From Rhynchopus sp. YZ270_cl-10 (Eukaryota), in the NCBI GenBank assembly GCA_964035575.1, contig OZ037839.1:1860001-1924000 (forward strand): a stretch of DNA of 64,000 nucleotides, read 5' to 3'. Every line of letters begins with the position of its first letter. Within the stretch, counting starts at the first letter, position 1. The position numbers and the translations under genes were made by a program. A model generated the notes under the pieces. It was not told where the DNA came from. It searched no databases and worked only from the letters and a program-made list of their open reading frames with translations. This document shows positions 53,420-64,000 of this stretch, piece after piece.

Positions 53420-54097
53420 CAGGGGTCCTAAGAGTGGTAACTTTTACCACTTCCGAAGTGACCTTTTTTATTTTTTTGAAATTCGAAGGTCACTTCGAAG
53501 TGACCTTCGAAAAGTGCCCTAAAAAGTGACCTTTTTTTTTATTTTTTGAAATCCGGAACGAAGTGACCTAGGTTACTTAACATACACTGGGAGCACGTTG
53601 GAGGGTCTGGGATTTTTTTCTTTTTTGTCAAGATCAGTGGTCTGCAGGGCTGCAGGTTGCTACCATGTACAATTTTAAGCGAATTTTTTTGAAATATTGC
53701 GTACCGTGGCTTCGCCAGAAACTTTCGTTTTAGCAAAATACGCAAGTAATTTACGGAAACTTACGATAATTACCAACGATAGTGCCATTTTATGGCAACA
53801 TTTTTTAGAAATGTTGCGTACCGTGGCTTCGCCAGGAACCAAAACGGTGACACAGACCGCTGCGAAAATTGCCTCACAAGAAAAAAATGTATCTAGTACC
53901 CTGTCCCTATGATAACCAACGTCCGGCGATAACCAACGTCCAGTGTATGTCCGAGGATTTGCAGCTTTTCAACTTCACTTGTGTTGTTGCCATACCGCCT
54001 CTGAGGGGGGAAAGTTTTTTTTTTCCTCCCCAAAAAACGAGAAGTGACCTTGAAGTTACCATTTTAAATTTTTTTGAGAACAGCGTTAGGACCCCTG
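53420..54097. mobile_element. Second copy of the hAT-type MITE
   Basis: Same TIRs, 8-bp TSD GGGGGATG, 58 bp longer internally. Confidence 0.92.
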
Positions 54098-55770
54098 GGG
54101 GGATGCCATTGCCCTTGTTCGCCTTTGGTTTGAATCTTTCTTTGTTTGTCTGCATGTGGCATGTGAGGCTATATTGAGCGGAACGTGGCAGATTAAAAGC
54201 TTTTTATGAAAACCCCTGAAACTTAAAAAAAAAGAAAAGCAGTGGCAGGACACGCTCCTGTCTGAACTCAACCAAAAAATTCTCTTCTGTAGTCGTGTAC
54301 ACGAAGGCACAGTTCAGTTCTTTCCTTTGTTATCGTTTTTTTTTGTAGTACTGATGTACACAAAGCATTTTTTGAACAAGATAAAACAATAAGCTCGCGT
54401 TTCTTTTATCGAACAGATTTTATTCTCCGCCCCGTACCCAAAACGTAAACACCACTTTGAATCAGAAAAAAATATCTTCCTCTCATTTTTTCTTCCACAC
54501 GCGCTGGTTTTTGTATCTATCGCTAATTTTTATCAAAAAGCTTTCCCCTAGTTTCGACGCGAAACGTTTCCTCATGTATTGCACGGGACACAATATATAT
54601 GACAAACAGGTGCAGGGTGGTTCCGTGCATATCATAGAACCTGGCACCTTGTGTGTCTTCCAAAAACCAAAAGCGTTGTGTGTGAAGTTTTGAGGGAAGG
54701 AAAAATAAAAGTGTGAGAAAAAAGGGGGGTCGTAATGTACCTTGTTCTCACCACTTTCTCAAAATATGCAAGGTGACTAAGCAAGAGAGGCTTAATTTCA
54801 GCAAAAAGATTGATGAATAACCAATGTTCAAAACATTAAGTAACCTAATCAGACTAAGCAAGAGTGGCTTAATTTTCTTCAATGGTAACGTTGGTGTGAC
54901 TAAGCACTAATTGGCTGGGGTACACGAGTGAAGTAGGTGACTTGATTTTGTTGTACTGTTTTTTGTTTCACTACAGCCACATGCCAAGTCATGTACTTCT
55001 CTCTGTCGTAGTGTACAGCTTCTGACATCACACCAACGCTGCTCTGATATGTGGGAGGGGAAATGATGTGATACCCGACAATCCTGTTATATGCAAAACC
55101 ATACAGCTGATGCTGTGGGACGGTAACGATTGGGATAACACGGTGACTCAGCGACTAGAGGTCGGGTTTGTTCTTACGCTTTTGCTGTCTTTCTTCTATT
55201 TGCTTTTTTGTACAGTTTTATTTTTTTTTACATCGCCCGCCTGCCTTACGTGATACAACATATTTGTTGCTACTCTGACGACATTCGTAAAAGAAGTTGG
55301 TTCTAAATGTCCAACATTAGTACGTCCCAACGTATTTACAGAGTAGCAGACAGCGTTACAGTTGCGGTAACCTATCCTTCTTTACGCTCTGTTGCTTCAT
55401 TCAGCTTGATACCGTATACGAACATTTGACACATGGCTAGGAGCTTTCCAACGTTTTAAATGATTACAATGTCATGCGATGCTCAAAGGACATTGAACAC
55501 CGTCCCAACTCCTTTCCCCCCTTTTTTTCTTCTTTTTTTTGAAAACTTGGTTGTATTAGTGTAGACACCCGAGGATGCACTACTACTTCTTTTCTCTTGG
55601 GGGTTGAAACAGAGCCACACTTCACCTAGAGGTCGAGGTGCGTTTCACATAACCTCTCCCTTTTTGTTTTTTTTTATTGTTGTTATTGTTTTTATTGCAA
55701 AAAAACACAAAAGGAACGCCTTCAGTGTGCAGAAGCTAGCGTTATACACAAAGACAACCCCCTCCCTTCC

Positions 55771-55907
55771 TAATGGTGGCAGTATTGTGATGGGAGCCCA
55801 TTGGAATACGCAAAATACATCAAAATACATCACAATACACGTATTGTGATGTATTTGATGTATTTTGCGTATTCCAATGGGCTCCCATCACAATACTGCC
55901 ATCATTA
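55771..55907. repeat. 137-bp near-perfect palindrome (foldback mini-element)
   Basis: Arms differ by one mismatch and one indel; flanks tcccttcc / tccctttc resemble an 8-bp TSD. Confidence 0.85.
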
Positions 55908-56559
55908 TCCCTTTCCATACCTTTTTTTAACCATTTAATAACATCAATTCTGTTGTCCTCCCTTTTTTGTGCCTCCTTAAGCTCTGCGGTGCGTCTCTCC
56001 TCTCTTCGGCAATCCCAACCGCATCCTGCACACTGCTGTTTCCGCTCCTTCACATACAGGAAATGGTTGTTTCTATTATTCCATTTGTGTTCACTACCCC
56101 TACTTCATGTCTGGTGTCTGGCACAGAGTAGGTCGTATGTCAAGACTACCACGTCGAACAGCCTTCTTCGGTGGCATACACTTTTGCTTCTTGTTCAACC
56201 TTCATTCTTCTGAAGACACACGACCTCTGAACACACCACGTCCCATCGGATTGTAAGGGGGTTGCTAATGCGGATGGCTGCTGCATTGCCCCCTTTGTGC
56301 AGAATTTTGAACTCATTTTTGAGTGCCAAAAAAGTGGGATTTGAGGGGGGGTGGGGAGCAGTGATGGAAGGTCGGGTTTTTTGCTGGGTTTTTTGGTGGG
56401 TTTTTTGCGGATTTTTTGCGGGTTTTTTTGGGTTTTTTTTGGGTTTTTTGGGTTTTTTGCCAGCACCCGGGGTTTTTCCATCACTGGTGGGGAGGGGGGT
56501 GGGGAGTCCAGCTGCACCCTTTGTATGACCACCTAACAGTTAAAAGACCCAGACACATT

Positions 56560-57678
56560 ATGAATCTTTTAGTCAAGACCGCCGCCCCTGCCAGCTCCAA
56601 CTCTGCAGTGCTCTCGCAGTCACAGCCTCTCGATGTCAAGCCCGGGCAGGTTCTGGTGAAGGTCACGCACACCGCCTTCACGAGCAACAACGTCAGCTAC
56701 GCGCTGGCCGGGCGCGCCCCTATGATGAAGTACTTCGACTTCTTCCCTGTATCCGGAGAAGAGGGGTCGGGCCACAGCCAGGTGCCTACTTGGGGACTGG
56801 CGACTGTGGTCGCTACCAGACACCCCCTGATCAAGGAGGGGGAGCTGTTGTACGGGTTTCTGCCGTATGCACAGTACGTCGTGTTGGAGGCCACCACGGT
56901 GACGGAGACGACCTTTGCAGACCTGCAGCCACACCGTAAGAAGCTTGCGCCAGTCTACAACAGCTACAGCCGTCTCTCCACGGGGCTGGACCCACTGTAC
57001 CGCAAGGAGAACGCGCTGCTGATGATCCTGCTGCGTCCGCTCTTTGTGACGTCGTGGCTGCTTGCAGACTTCGTAGCGTCCAGCATCGAGTCAAGCCCTG
57101 CGCAGGTCATCATCACATCAGCGTCCTCGAAGACCTCATACGGCCTGGCCTTCCTGCTGAAGGAGAAGAAGAAGGCACAAAAGAACATCGAAATCATCGG
57201 CCTCACATCGAAAGGCAATCTGGCGTTCACAACAGGGATGGGAGTGTATGACCGTGTGGTGTTGTATGGCGACGTGGTGAAGGAGGTGGTCGATGACGGA
57301 CGCAAGGCAGTGGCGGTGGATATGGCGGGCAACAGGGGGGTGATCGACGACGTGCTGCAGAAGGTGCCTGCGTGCCAGGTGGCGCTCGTGGGGACGACAA
57401 ACAAGAAGGTGGAGAGAATGCCCGGTAAGTTCTTCTTCGCGCCCACTCAGGCGCAAGCAGTCATCAAGAGATTCGGAGGTGCGGCTCACTTCAACGCAGC
57501 TGTGGCACGTGACTGGAACTGCTTCGTGGACACAGTGCGTGAACGCAACTGGTGCCACGTAGAGGAACACCACGGCCCCGAGGCTGCGCGTGACTGCTAC
57601 AACACCACAATGGGGGCCGCCTTCGACCCCACAAAAGGCATCGTGCTTTCCCTCTGGGATAACAAAGCGCGGCTCTAA
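56560..57678 (+). CDS. DUF2855-like protein (MDR/quinone-reductase-like fold)
   Basis: FTSNNVSYA, VPTWG, LRPLFVTS, TSASSKTS, FFFAP motifs; family recognised from memory. Confidence 0.75.
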   Translation: MNLLVKTAAPASSNSAVLSQSQPLDVKPGQVLVKVTHTAFTSNNVSYALAGRAPMMKYFDFFPVSGEEGSGHSQVPTWGLATVVATRHPLIKEGELLYGFLPYAQYVVLEATTVTETTFADLQPHRKKLAPVYNSYSRLSTGLDPLYRKENALLMILLRPLFVTSWLLADFVASSIESSPAQVIITSASSKTSYGLAFLLKEKKKAQKNIEIIGLTSKGNLAFTTGMGVYDRVVLYGDVVKEVVDDGRKAVAVDMAGNRGVIDDVLQKVPACQVALVGTTNKKVERMPGKFFFAPTQAQAVIKRFGGAAHFNAAVARDWNCFVDTVRERNWCHVEEHHGPEAARDCYNTTMGAAFDPTKGIVLSLWDNKARL

Positions 57679-58982
57679 ATTTGTTTCAATTTTTCAAGAA
57701 AAGATGGGGGGGAAAATGGCAGAAGGAAGTCCATTGGCTTCAAAAAAAAAATGGTGTTTCTCCCTTTCTAACAAAGTGACCAAGCATAGGAGAGGCTTGG
57801 TTGATCTTTTTAACTGAGCTGTTTGGGCGCTGTGAGATTTGATGATAAAAAGAATAGATCTCCCTTGGCGGGTTGTCAAATGCAACACAAAAAGCAAGAA
57901 AAGCTATTTTTTTTAACCCGTGTGCTGCTGTTCTTTTTGTATGTAACCACAAACGCCTCTCTTTTTCCATTACAACTGTGGAATGTGGTACAGTTGTGAG
58001 GTGTTTTCACACAGCCTTGAAGTTCAATATTGCAGGTGTTGGTTTTTTTTTTTTGGTTTTTTTTTTATCCCAAAGAACGAGGTTTTCAAAAAGGAAAGAT
58101 AATAAATACTGTGCACGAAATAGAGGTAGTGCAGGCAGACCACTTGCGTGGTGGCTGACCGTGGTCAAGGCTTTCCCAACAAAAATAAAAAAATACTTTT
58201 AATAAGAGTGCGGCTGTCTTGCACGGTCCTCGTGTACCCATCTCTAACGCGAACCAAGATTTTCATTTCAAATAATAATAAACATAGTCAGAGCATCCTC
58301 GGGTGTCTGCACTAAGTACTGCAACCAAATTTTTCAAAAACAAAAAAGGAAAAAAAAAATTAGCACACATTGCAGTAGCTTTCTACCTCCCACCTTTGCC
58401 TCTCTATTTCTCTTTCTTTCTGTCTTCTTTTGCTGGTTGAGGCAGAGGCTCGGGGTTAGTGATCAACACCAGTTTTTTTGTGAACTTGGTGCGCGGGACT
58501 GACCGGAGATCGTTGTCTTAACTCTCCCACTTTGCTGTGGCTTTCTTTTAGGTGACTTTAGTGTGACAGTGCCACAACAAACACCGGTGGGGGTAAAAGC
58601 TAAGGAGGATTTTGGGATTTCAAAACTAGGAGGGTTTTTACCCCCCGATGTTTGTTGTGTAGCTTCTCTCAGCGTGGTGCGCAAAGTACGTCATTCATTT
58701 GTTTTAACGAATAATTGTACCGAACGACATACTCTGGACTGGGTATGCCCAGACTAGGCTCGGGGAGGGGGACAAGTGTCCCTTATTATTCTGTGGCACG
58801 ACGCACTGTGACAATTACGGACTCTCGCTTTAACAGTTTTTTTAATACATAAAAGCCATACATGTTGGTACGTACGTGCCTGGAGAAGTGGAAAACAAAG
58901 AAAGCTATTTTGTTGTATCTTGCCTCCCTCCTCCTCCTTCTCAACACTTACCCCAAAACAGAGCAACACTTCACTCGAAACA

Positions 58983-61661
58983 ATGGAACTGTGTGTGCAG
59001 GGATATGATGATGAAACCAAATTCGTGATAGAGGTGGGTGAGAACGACACAACGGAGACGATGCGGCAGAAGGTGGCGTCTGCAACAGGGTTGTGCGAAG
59101 ACAGCTTCCGCATGGGCTTCGGAGGGAAGGAGGAAGGAGAGGACATCACAGAACTGAGTGCTGGAGACACAGTCGTGTTGACGAAGGTGACGAAGTACGT
59201 ATCTGTTGAGATACTTCGTGACTTGGGTGAGACAGACATTTCCGAAGCGAGGTTGGCGACTGTGAAGGATCCTGAGGTGGCTTCTCTGCTTCTTCAGGCG
59301 GAGGTTGCGACTGTTATTCCGAACAACTTCTTGTACAAAGCATCGTTTACGAGACTTGATCTCTCTGCTGTGTCTGGGGTGACGCGGATTGAGGACTCGT
59401 TCCTCCGCGGGTGTAGGTCGGTGGAAACGGTTGACTTGTCGGGATTGTGCAACGTTACGCACATTGGTAATCACTGTCTCTCTGCCTGCACATCGTTGAG
59501 AAGCCTTGACGTGTCAGGGTTCACTGGTGTGACGGTCATAGGGAGGTCGTTCCTCCGCGGAAGTGGCATCAGAGAGCTTGACTTATCCGCGATGACGAGC
59601 GTGACGACGTTTGGGGGATTTTTTATTTACAACTGCGTGACGTTGGAAAGTCTTGACATCTCAGGATGGCGCAGAGTCACGCACATTGAGAACAACTTCC
59701 TCTGGAACTGCACCTCGTTGGCAACGATTGATTTATCAGCTTTTTGCAGTGTCACGAAGATCGGCTCCGAATTTCTCGGCGGCTGCTCGTCGTTGACCAC
59801 CATCAGCTTTGCAGGGATGACCAATGTGACGGACGTTGGGCACAGCTTTTGTAGGGCCTGCACCTCGTTGGAAACGATTGACTTCTCAGCACTGCACAAA
59901 GTTGTGGAGGTAGGTTACGGCTTTCTTGAGAGGTGCACCTCGCTGACAAGTATCGACCTTTCAGCTTTTGGCAGTACCACAGACGTTGGGGGCGGCTTTC
60001 TTGGTCACTGCTCATCACTGAAAACAGTTGATTTATCAGTGTTGCGCAGCATCGCGCACATTGAGCAAAGCTGGATGCAAGGGTGCTCCGCGTTGACAAC
60101 AGCAGACTTATCAGGACTGAGCAATGTTAAGAACATTAATACACGGTTCCTGCAAGGGTGCACATCCTTGACCACGCTGGACATGTCAGGTATAGGCTGT
60201 GACACAATGATCCTTCTGCCTGTCGCCTTCCTGCACAACTGCAACGCACTCACAACAGTCGTCTTGCCAGGCAACATCGACATTCACGAGCTCTCAGAAG
60301 AGGACCGCAGGGCACTGCACAGCACCGATGTACCCTTCCATGTGTGTGTGCGTGTTATGTACGCAAGGTTTTCTGAACAGTACGCAGATGTGCGGACAGA
60401 AGATGTAGTGCGAACAGACGTGTCTGGAGATGCAAGAGAATGTATTGCATTGAAAGCAGGACAACAAAGAGAAGGGTTTCGAGCAGGAAAAGCAGGAGCA
60501 TTTGGACGCTTTGCTGCAGGACAAACAGGAGGAACACAAGCAGGAGGATTTGGAGGGTTTGGGACAGGACAAACAGGAGCAACACAAACAGGAGGGTTTG
60601 GGAGTGGATCTAAAAAATTTAAGTCAGGACAAACAGAAGCTGTAAAATCGGAAAGACATGGAGGGTTTGGTGCAGTGCGAACAGAAGCAACACAAGCAGG
60701 AAGATTTGGAGGGTTTGGGGCAGGGCAAACAGGAGCAGCACAAGCAGGAGGGTTTGGAGGGTTTGGTGCAAGACAAACAGGAGCAGCACAAGTAGGAGGA
60801 TTTGGAGGGTTTGGGACAGGACAAACAGGAGCAACACAAGCAGGAGGGTTTGGAGGGTTTGGTGCAGGACAAACAGAAGCAACACAAGCTAGAGGATTTG
60901 GAGGGTTTGAGGTTGGATCTAAAAGATTTAAGTCAGGACAAACAGAAGCTGTAAAATCGGAAAGAAATGGAGGGTTTGGTTCAGGACAAACAGGAGCAAC
61001 ACTAACAGGAGTAACACAAGCAGGAGGATTTGGAGGGTTTGGGGCAGGACAAACAGGAGCAACACAAGTAGGAGGATTTGGAGGGTTTGGGGCAGGACAA
61101 ACAGGAGCAGCACAAGCAGGAGCGTTTGGAGGGTTTGGGGCAGGACAAACAGGAGCAGCACAAGCAGGAGGATTTGGAGGGTTTGGTTCAGGACAAACAG
61201 GAGCAACACTAACAGGAGCAACACAAGCAGGAGGATTTGGAGGGTTTGGTTCAGGACAAACAGGAGTAACACAAGCAGGAGGGTTTGGAGGGTTTGGGGC
61301 AGGACAAACAGGAGCAGCACAAGCAGGAGGATTTGGAGGGTTTGGTTCAGGACAAACAGGAGCAACACTAACAGGAGCAACACAAGCAGGAGGATTTGGA
61401 GGGTTTGGTTCAGGACAAACAGGAGTAACACAAGCAGGAGGGTTTGGAGGGTTTGGGGCAGGACAAACAGGAGCAGCACAAGCAGGAGGATTTGGAGGGT
61501 TTGGTTCAGGACAAACAGGAGTAACACAAGCAGGAGGGTTTGGAGGGTTTGGGGCAGGACAAACAGGAGCAACACAAGCAGGAGGATTTGGAATGTCTGA
61601 TAGGCGGTGTGAAGAACATTTCGGTGAAAATATCGAACTTCATTTTTGGATACACCTGTGA
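58983..61661 (+). CDS. Ubiquitin-like + LRR protein, copy 6, with a long GFGGFG repeat tail
   Basis: Same N-terminus and LRRs as copies 1-5, followed by ~365 aa of QAGGFGGFGxGQTGAx repeats. Confidence 0.9.
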   Translation: MELCVQGYDDETKFVIEVGENDTTETMRQKVASATGLCEDSFRMGFGGKEEGEDITELSAGDTVVLTKVTKYVSVEILRDLGETDISEARLATVKDPEVASLLLQAEVATVIPNNFLYKASFTRLDLSAVSGVTRIEDSFLRGCRSVETVDLSGLCNVTHIGNHCLSACTSLRSLDVSGFTGVTVIGRSFLRGSGIRELDLSAMTSVTTFGGFFIYNCVTLESLDISGWRRVTHIENNFLWNCTSLATIDLSAFCSVTKIGSEFLGGCSSLTTISFAGMTNVTDVGHSFCRACTSLETIDFSALHKVVEVGYGFLERCTSLTSIDLSAFGSTTDVGGGFLGHCSSLKTVDLSVLRSIAHIEQSWMQGCSALTTADLSGLSNVKNINTRFLQGCTSLTTLDMSGIGCDTMILLPVAFLHNCNALTTVVLPGNIDIHELSEEDRRALHSTDVPFHVCVRVMYARFSEQYADVRTEDVVRTDVSGDARECIALKAGQQREGFRAGKAGAFGRFAAGQTGGTQAGGFGGFGTGQTGATQTGGFGSGSKKFKSGQTEAVKSERHGGFGAVRTEATQAGRFGGFGAGQTGAAQAGGFGGFGARQTGAAQVGGFGGFGTGQTGATQAGGFGGFGAGQTEATQARGFGGFEVGSKRFKSGQTEAVKSERNGGFGSGQTGATLTGVTQAGGFGGFGAGQTGATQVGGFGGFGAGQTGAAQAGAFGGFGAGQTGAAQAGGFGGFGSGQTGATLTGATQAGGFGGFGSGQTGVTQAGGFGGFGAGQTGAAQAGGFGGFGSGQTGATLTGATQAGGFGGFGSGQTGVTQAGGFGGFGAGQTGAAQAGGFGGFGSGQTGVTQAGGFGGFGAGQTGATQAGGFGMSDRRCEEHFGENIELHFWIHL
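60493..61592 (+). repeat. 48-bp coding minisatellite (FG repeats)
   Basis: Repeating caagcaggaggatttggagggtttggggcaggacaaacaggagcaaca units. Confidence 0.92.
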
Positions 61662-61885
61662 GCTCTGGGGGTAGGGGAGTCAAAGCAACGCGTATGACGT
61701 GGGTACGTACACATGGAGGAACGGGATTATTTATACTAATCAGGATGATTATCGTTCTCTGTCTTTGTAAAAGGCTGGAGAACTATCAATTTTTTGTGTC
61801 GAACAAGATAAAACAAAAATCTTGCGTTTCTTCGAACAGATTATATTTTCCGACCCGTACCCAAAACACCATTTTCAATTACCTA

Positions 61886-62566
61886 CCCCCCCCCGTGCAT
61901 AAGTCTGCGTATAAGTCCGATTTTTGGGGGGGCTGAGGGCCTCCGGACTTATACACGGGGTTTCGGACTTATGCACGGGTATCGGACTTATACACCGGTT
62001 TTGTGCACCCAGGTACCCAGACCCATGAGGTGTCACGTGACCTCAATGTGAATGACCCACACATGAGGGAATGTGACACCGCAAAATTTAACGGCCGTTT
62101 TCAACGCCGCAGGCAGGCCAAATAGCGTTTGACTCGGAGGAATGCCTGTGCAGGTATCAAACATGAGAACCAACTCCCAGCAACAAGGGGCGCCTTTTGG
62201 CTGTTGAGACTGTTTGGGGTGCAAAGTTTTCCACACTGTTGCAGTAACAGTTCACATCTTTGAGAATTGTGAGGATGATGTATTGACATGAGAAGCGCGA
62301 ATATGATCCCTGGTGAATACACCGCCAATAAAAATAAAGTTGCGCTCGCTTCGCTCGCGGAAAAACACCCCAAAAATTTTCCCCCGCTCGCTTCGCGAGC
62401 GGGAAAACGCCCCCAAAAAAATTCTCCCCACCACCAATACACAAAACCGGTGTATAAGTCGGCCTGTGCATAAGTCCGATCCTGAGCCCAAATCTGCCCG
62501 GACTTATACACGGGTCATCGGACTTATGCACGGGTCATGGGGGTCGGACTTATGCACGGGGGGGGG
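61886..62566. mobile_element. Non-autonomous TIR element
   Basis: C9-GTGCATAAGTC / GACTTATGCAC-G9 ends with many subterminal GGACTTAT(A/G)CAC repeats. Confidence 0.8.
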
Positions 62567-62571
62567 TCCCC

Positions 62572-63438
62572 CCCCCTAGGCATACTGTGCGGGCGAGTAA
62601 AAAAAACTCGCCTACTCGCCAAAAACTCGCCTAAAACTCGCCCATTTTTGGGGGGCGAGTTTTGGCGAGTTTTTTTTTTTTGGTAGGGATTTTACCTTGG
62701 GAAAAGTGTATACACGAAAATATGAGGGAAATTTGAGTTTTGAAGGGAAAATTTTTTTCGTTCCACTTGAACAAGACCTCTACAGTTTGCTTTGTAGGCT
62801 TCCACAACCAGTATCACCAGTCCAGCTGTAGCTTCTGCGGATCCATGAAGCTTGCACAGATGGGTGCGATGTAGTCGTGGGGGAGTACCGCCAAGGGGTG
62901 GCCTGCAGGGTTGCCATTTACCGGCATGGCGAGGACATTGTTGTATAGCGAGTGTAGCCCCGGCTCATGTCTTCGTCATCCTCCGGATTGTAGCACGTCT
63001 TGTCCCGGGATCTATGGCACGCTTGGATCTTCCCCTGGAGCAAATGTTTACATACATGCCTGTCAGCCACTGCCGTGACATGGTTGCCTTTAGACGTACA
63101 AGTGACACAATTTCAATTTTTTTGTGTGTTTTCGAGTGGCATGTTGTCATCAGTCACCCCCGCCCTCCATTTTCACATCCTGGTGCACATTTTCACCCCC
63201 AAGGTGCGTATGTGCACCAGGATTTGCACCCAAATTGGGGCGAGTTTAGGCGAGTTTAGGCGAGTTTAGGCGAGTTTTTGGCGAGTTTAGGCGAGTTTTG
63301 GCGAGTTTTTGGCGAGTTTTGGCGAGTAATAGGCGAGTAATGGGCGAGTAGGGCGAGTTTTTGGCGAGTTTTTCCTGAAAATCAGGAAAACGAAAAACTC
63401 GCCTAAAAACGGCTCGCCTGCACAGTATGCCTAGGGGG
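62572..63438. mobile_element. Non-autonomous TIR element with GGCGAG subterminal repeats
   Basis: CCCCCTAGGCATACTGTGC / GCACAGTATGCCTAGGGGG ends; CTCGCC/GGCGAG arrays near both ends. Confidence 0.8.
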
Positions 63439-63699
63439 TATCAAACCCCACGTATAAGGTGTCATAAAACACGTATTTTTTTCTTTTTGACAAAAATGCA
63501 TTTCAAAGTGATTTTGACCATATATTCCCACCCACACCACCCAAAAAATACCCCCTCGCCCTGTTTTGACCCCAACCGACCCTTTTTTGGCCCCAAAACG
63601 GGCAAACTGAAAAAGTGGCAAGGACTTGGTACCTTGGGAGGGTACTAGGACCTGGTACCTTTTTTGAAACATGGTTCTAAGTTCCACGAAGTCCCTCTA

Positions 63700-63955
63700 A
63701 ACACCCCGAAACCGCCTGGGTACCCCTCGGGATAGGTTCTGGGGTGAAAGTATGTGGCTTTTAGGGCTTTTCTGGCCCCAAAATGAGTAAAAGCGGTCCA
63801 AACAGCAGGTGGTGCAGATGAAGGCCACAGTGGAGAGAACCACACGCTGCTTTTTGCACCGCTTTTACCCATTCTGAGGCCAAGAAAACCCTCAAAGCCA
63901 CATATTTTCACCCCAGAACCTATCCTGAGGGGTGCCCAGGCGGTTTCGGGGTGTT
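63700..63955. repeat. Inverted repeat with ~110-bp arms (MITE-like)
   Basis: aacaccccgaaaccgcctggg.. versus ..cccaggcggtttcggggtgtt with a ~37-bp spacer. Confidence 0.8.
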
Positions 63956-64000
63956 CATCCACCTTAGTACGCACGCTTTTTTCTTGATTTTTTGATTTTT

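Noticed and set aside
56370..56475. G/T-rich GGGTTTTTT tract
   Set aside because: Low-complexity intergenic sequence, similar to tracts in the LRR 3' flanks; no defined unit.
60928..61683. Hydrophobic minus-strand ORF (LLLVLLLFV repeats)
   Set aside because: Reverse complement of the FG minisatellite.
63238..63370. Telomere-like TTTAGGCGAG repeats
   Set aside because: Internal to a TIR element and mirrored at its other end; these are subterminal repeats.

Overview
Eukaryotic, repeat-rich genomic DNA with no obvious introns and all intact genes on the + strand. Pyrimidine tract + CAG motifs upstream of the ATGs and the retroelement type suggest a euglenozoan (diplonemid-like) protist, which is inference only. 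Contents: (1) Six paralogues of a ubiquitin-like + 25-aa LRR gene (five in tandem at 1-23.7 kb, one at 59-61.7 kb with an FG-repeat tail), with near-constant frameworks and hypervariable, shuffled residues. (2) A full-length 8.8-kb APE/RT non-LTR retrotransposon with an 18-19-bp TSD inserted in LRR copy 5. It combines a candidate 5' HDV-like ribozyme, an OTU-protease ORF1, a single in-frame UGA-CGG stop between ORF1 and ORF2, a T2A-like StopGo peptide, and a structured 3' end without poly(A). (3) A second, decayed OTU/zinc-finger element. (4) Five tandem BAHD-like (HxxxD) acyltransferases. (5) A membrane class III cyclase-like gene, a 1839-aa unknown protein and a DUF2855-like gene. (6) hAT-type and other MITEs, several palindromes and a 470-bp (ATGCAGCT)n satellite.
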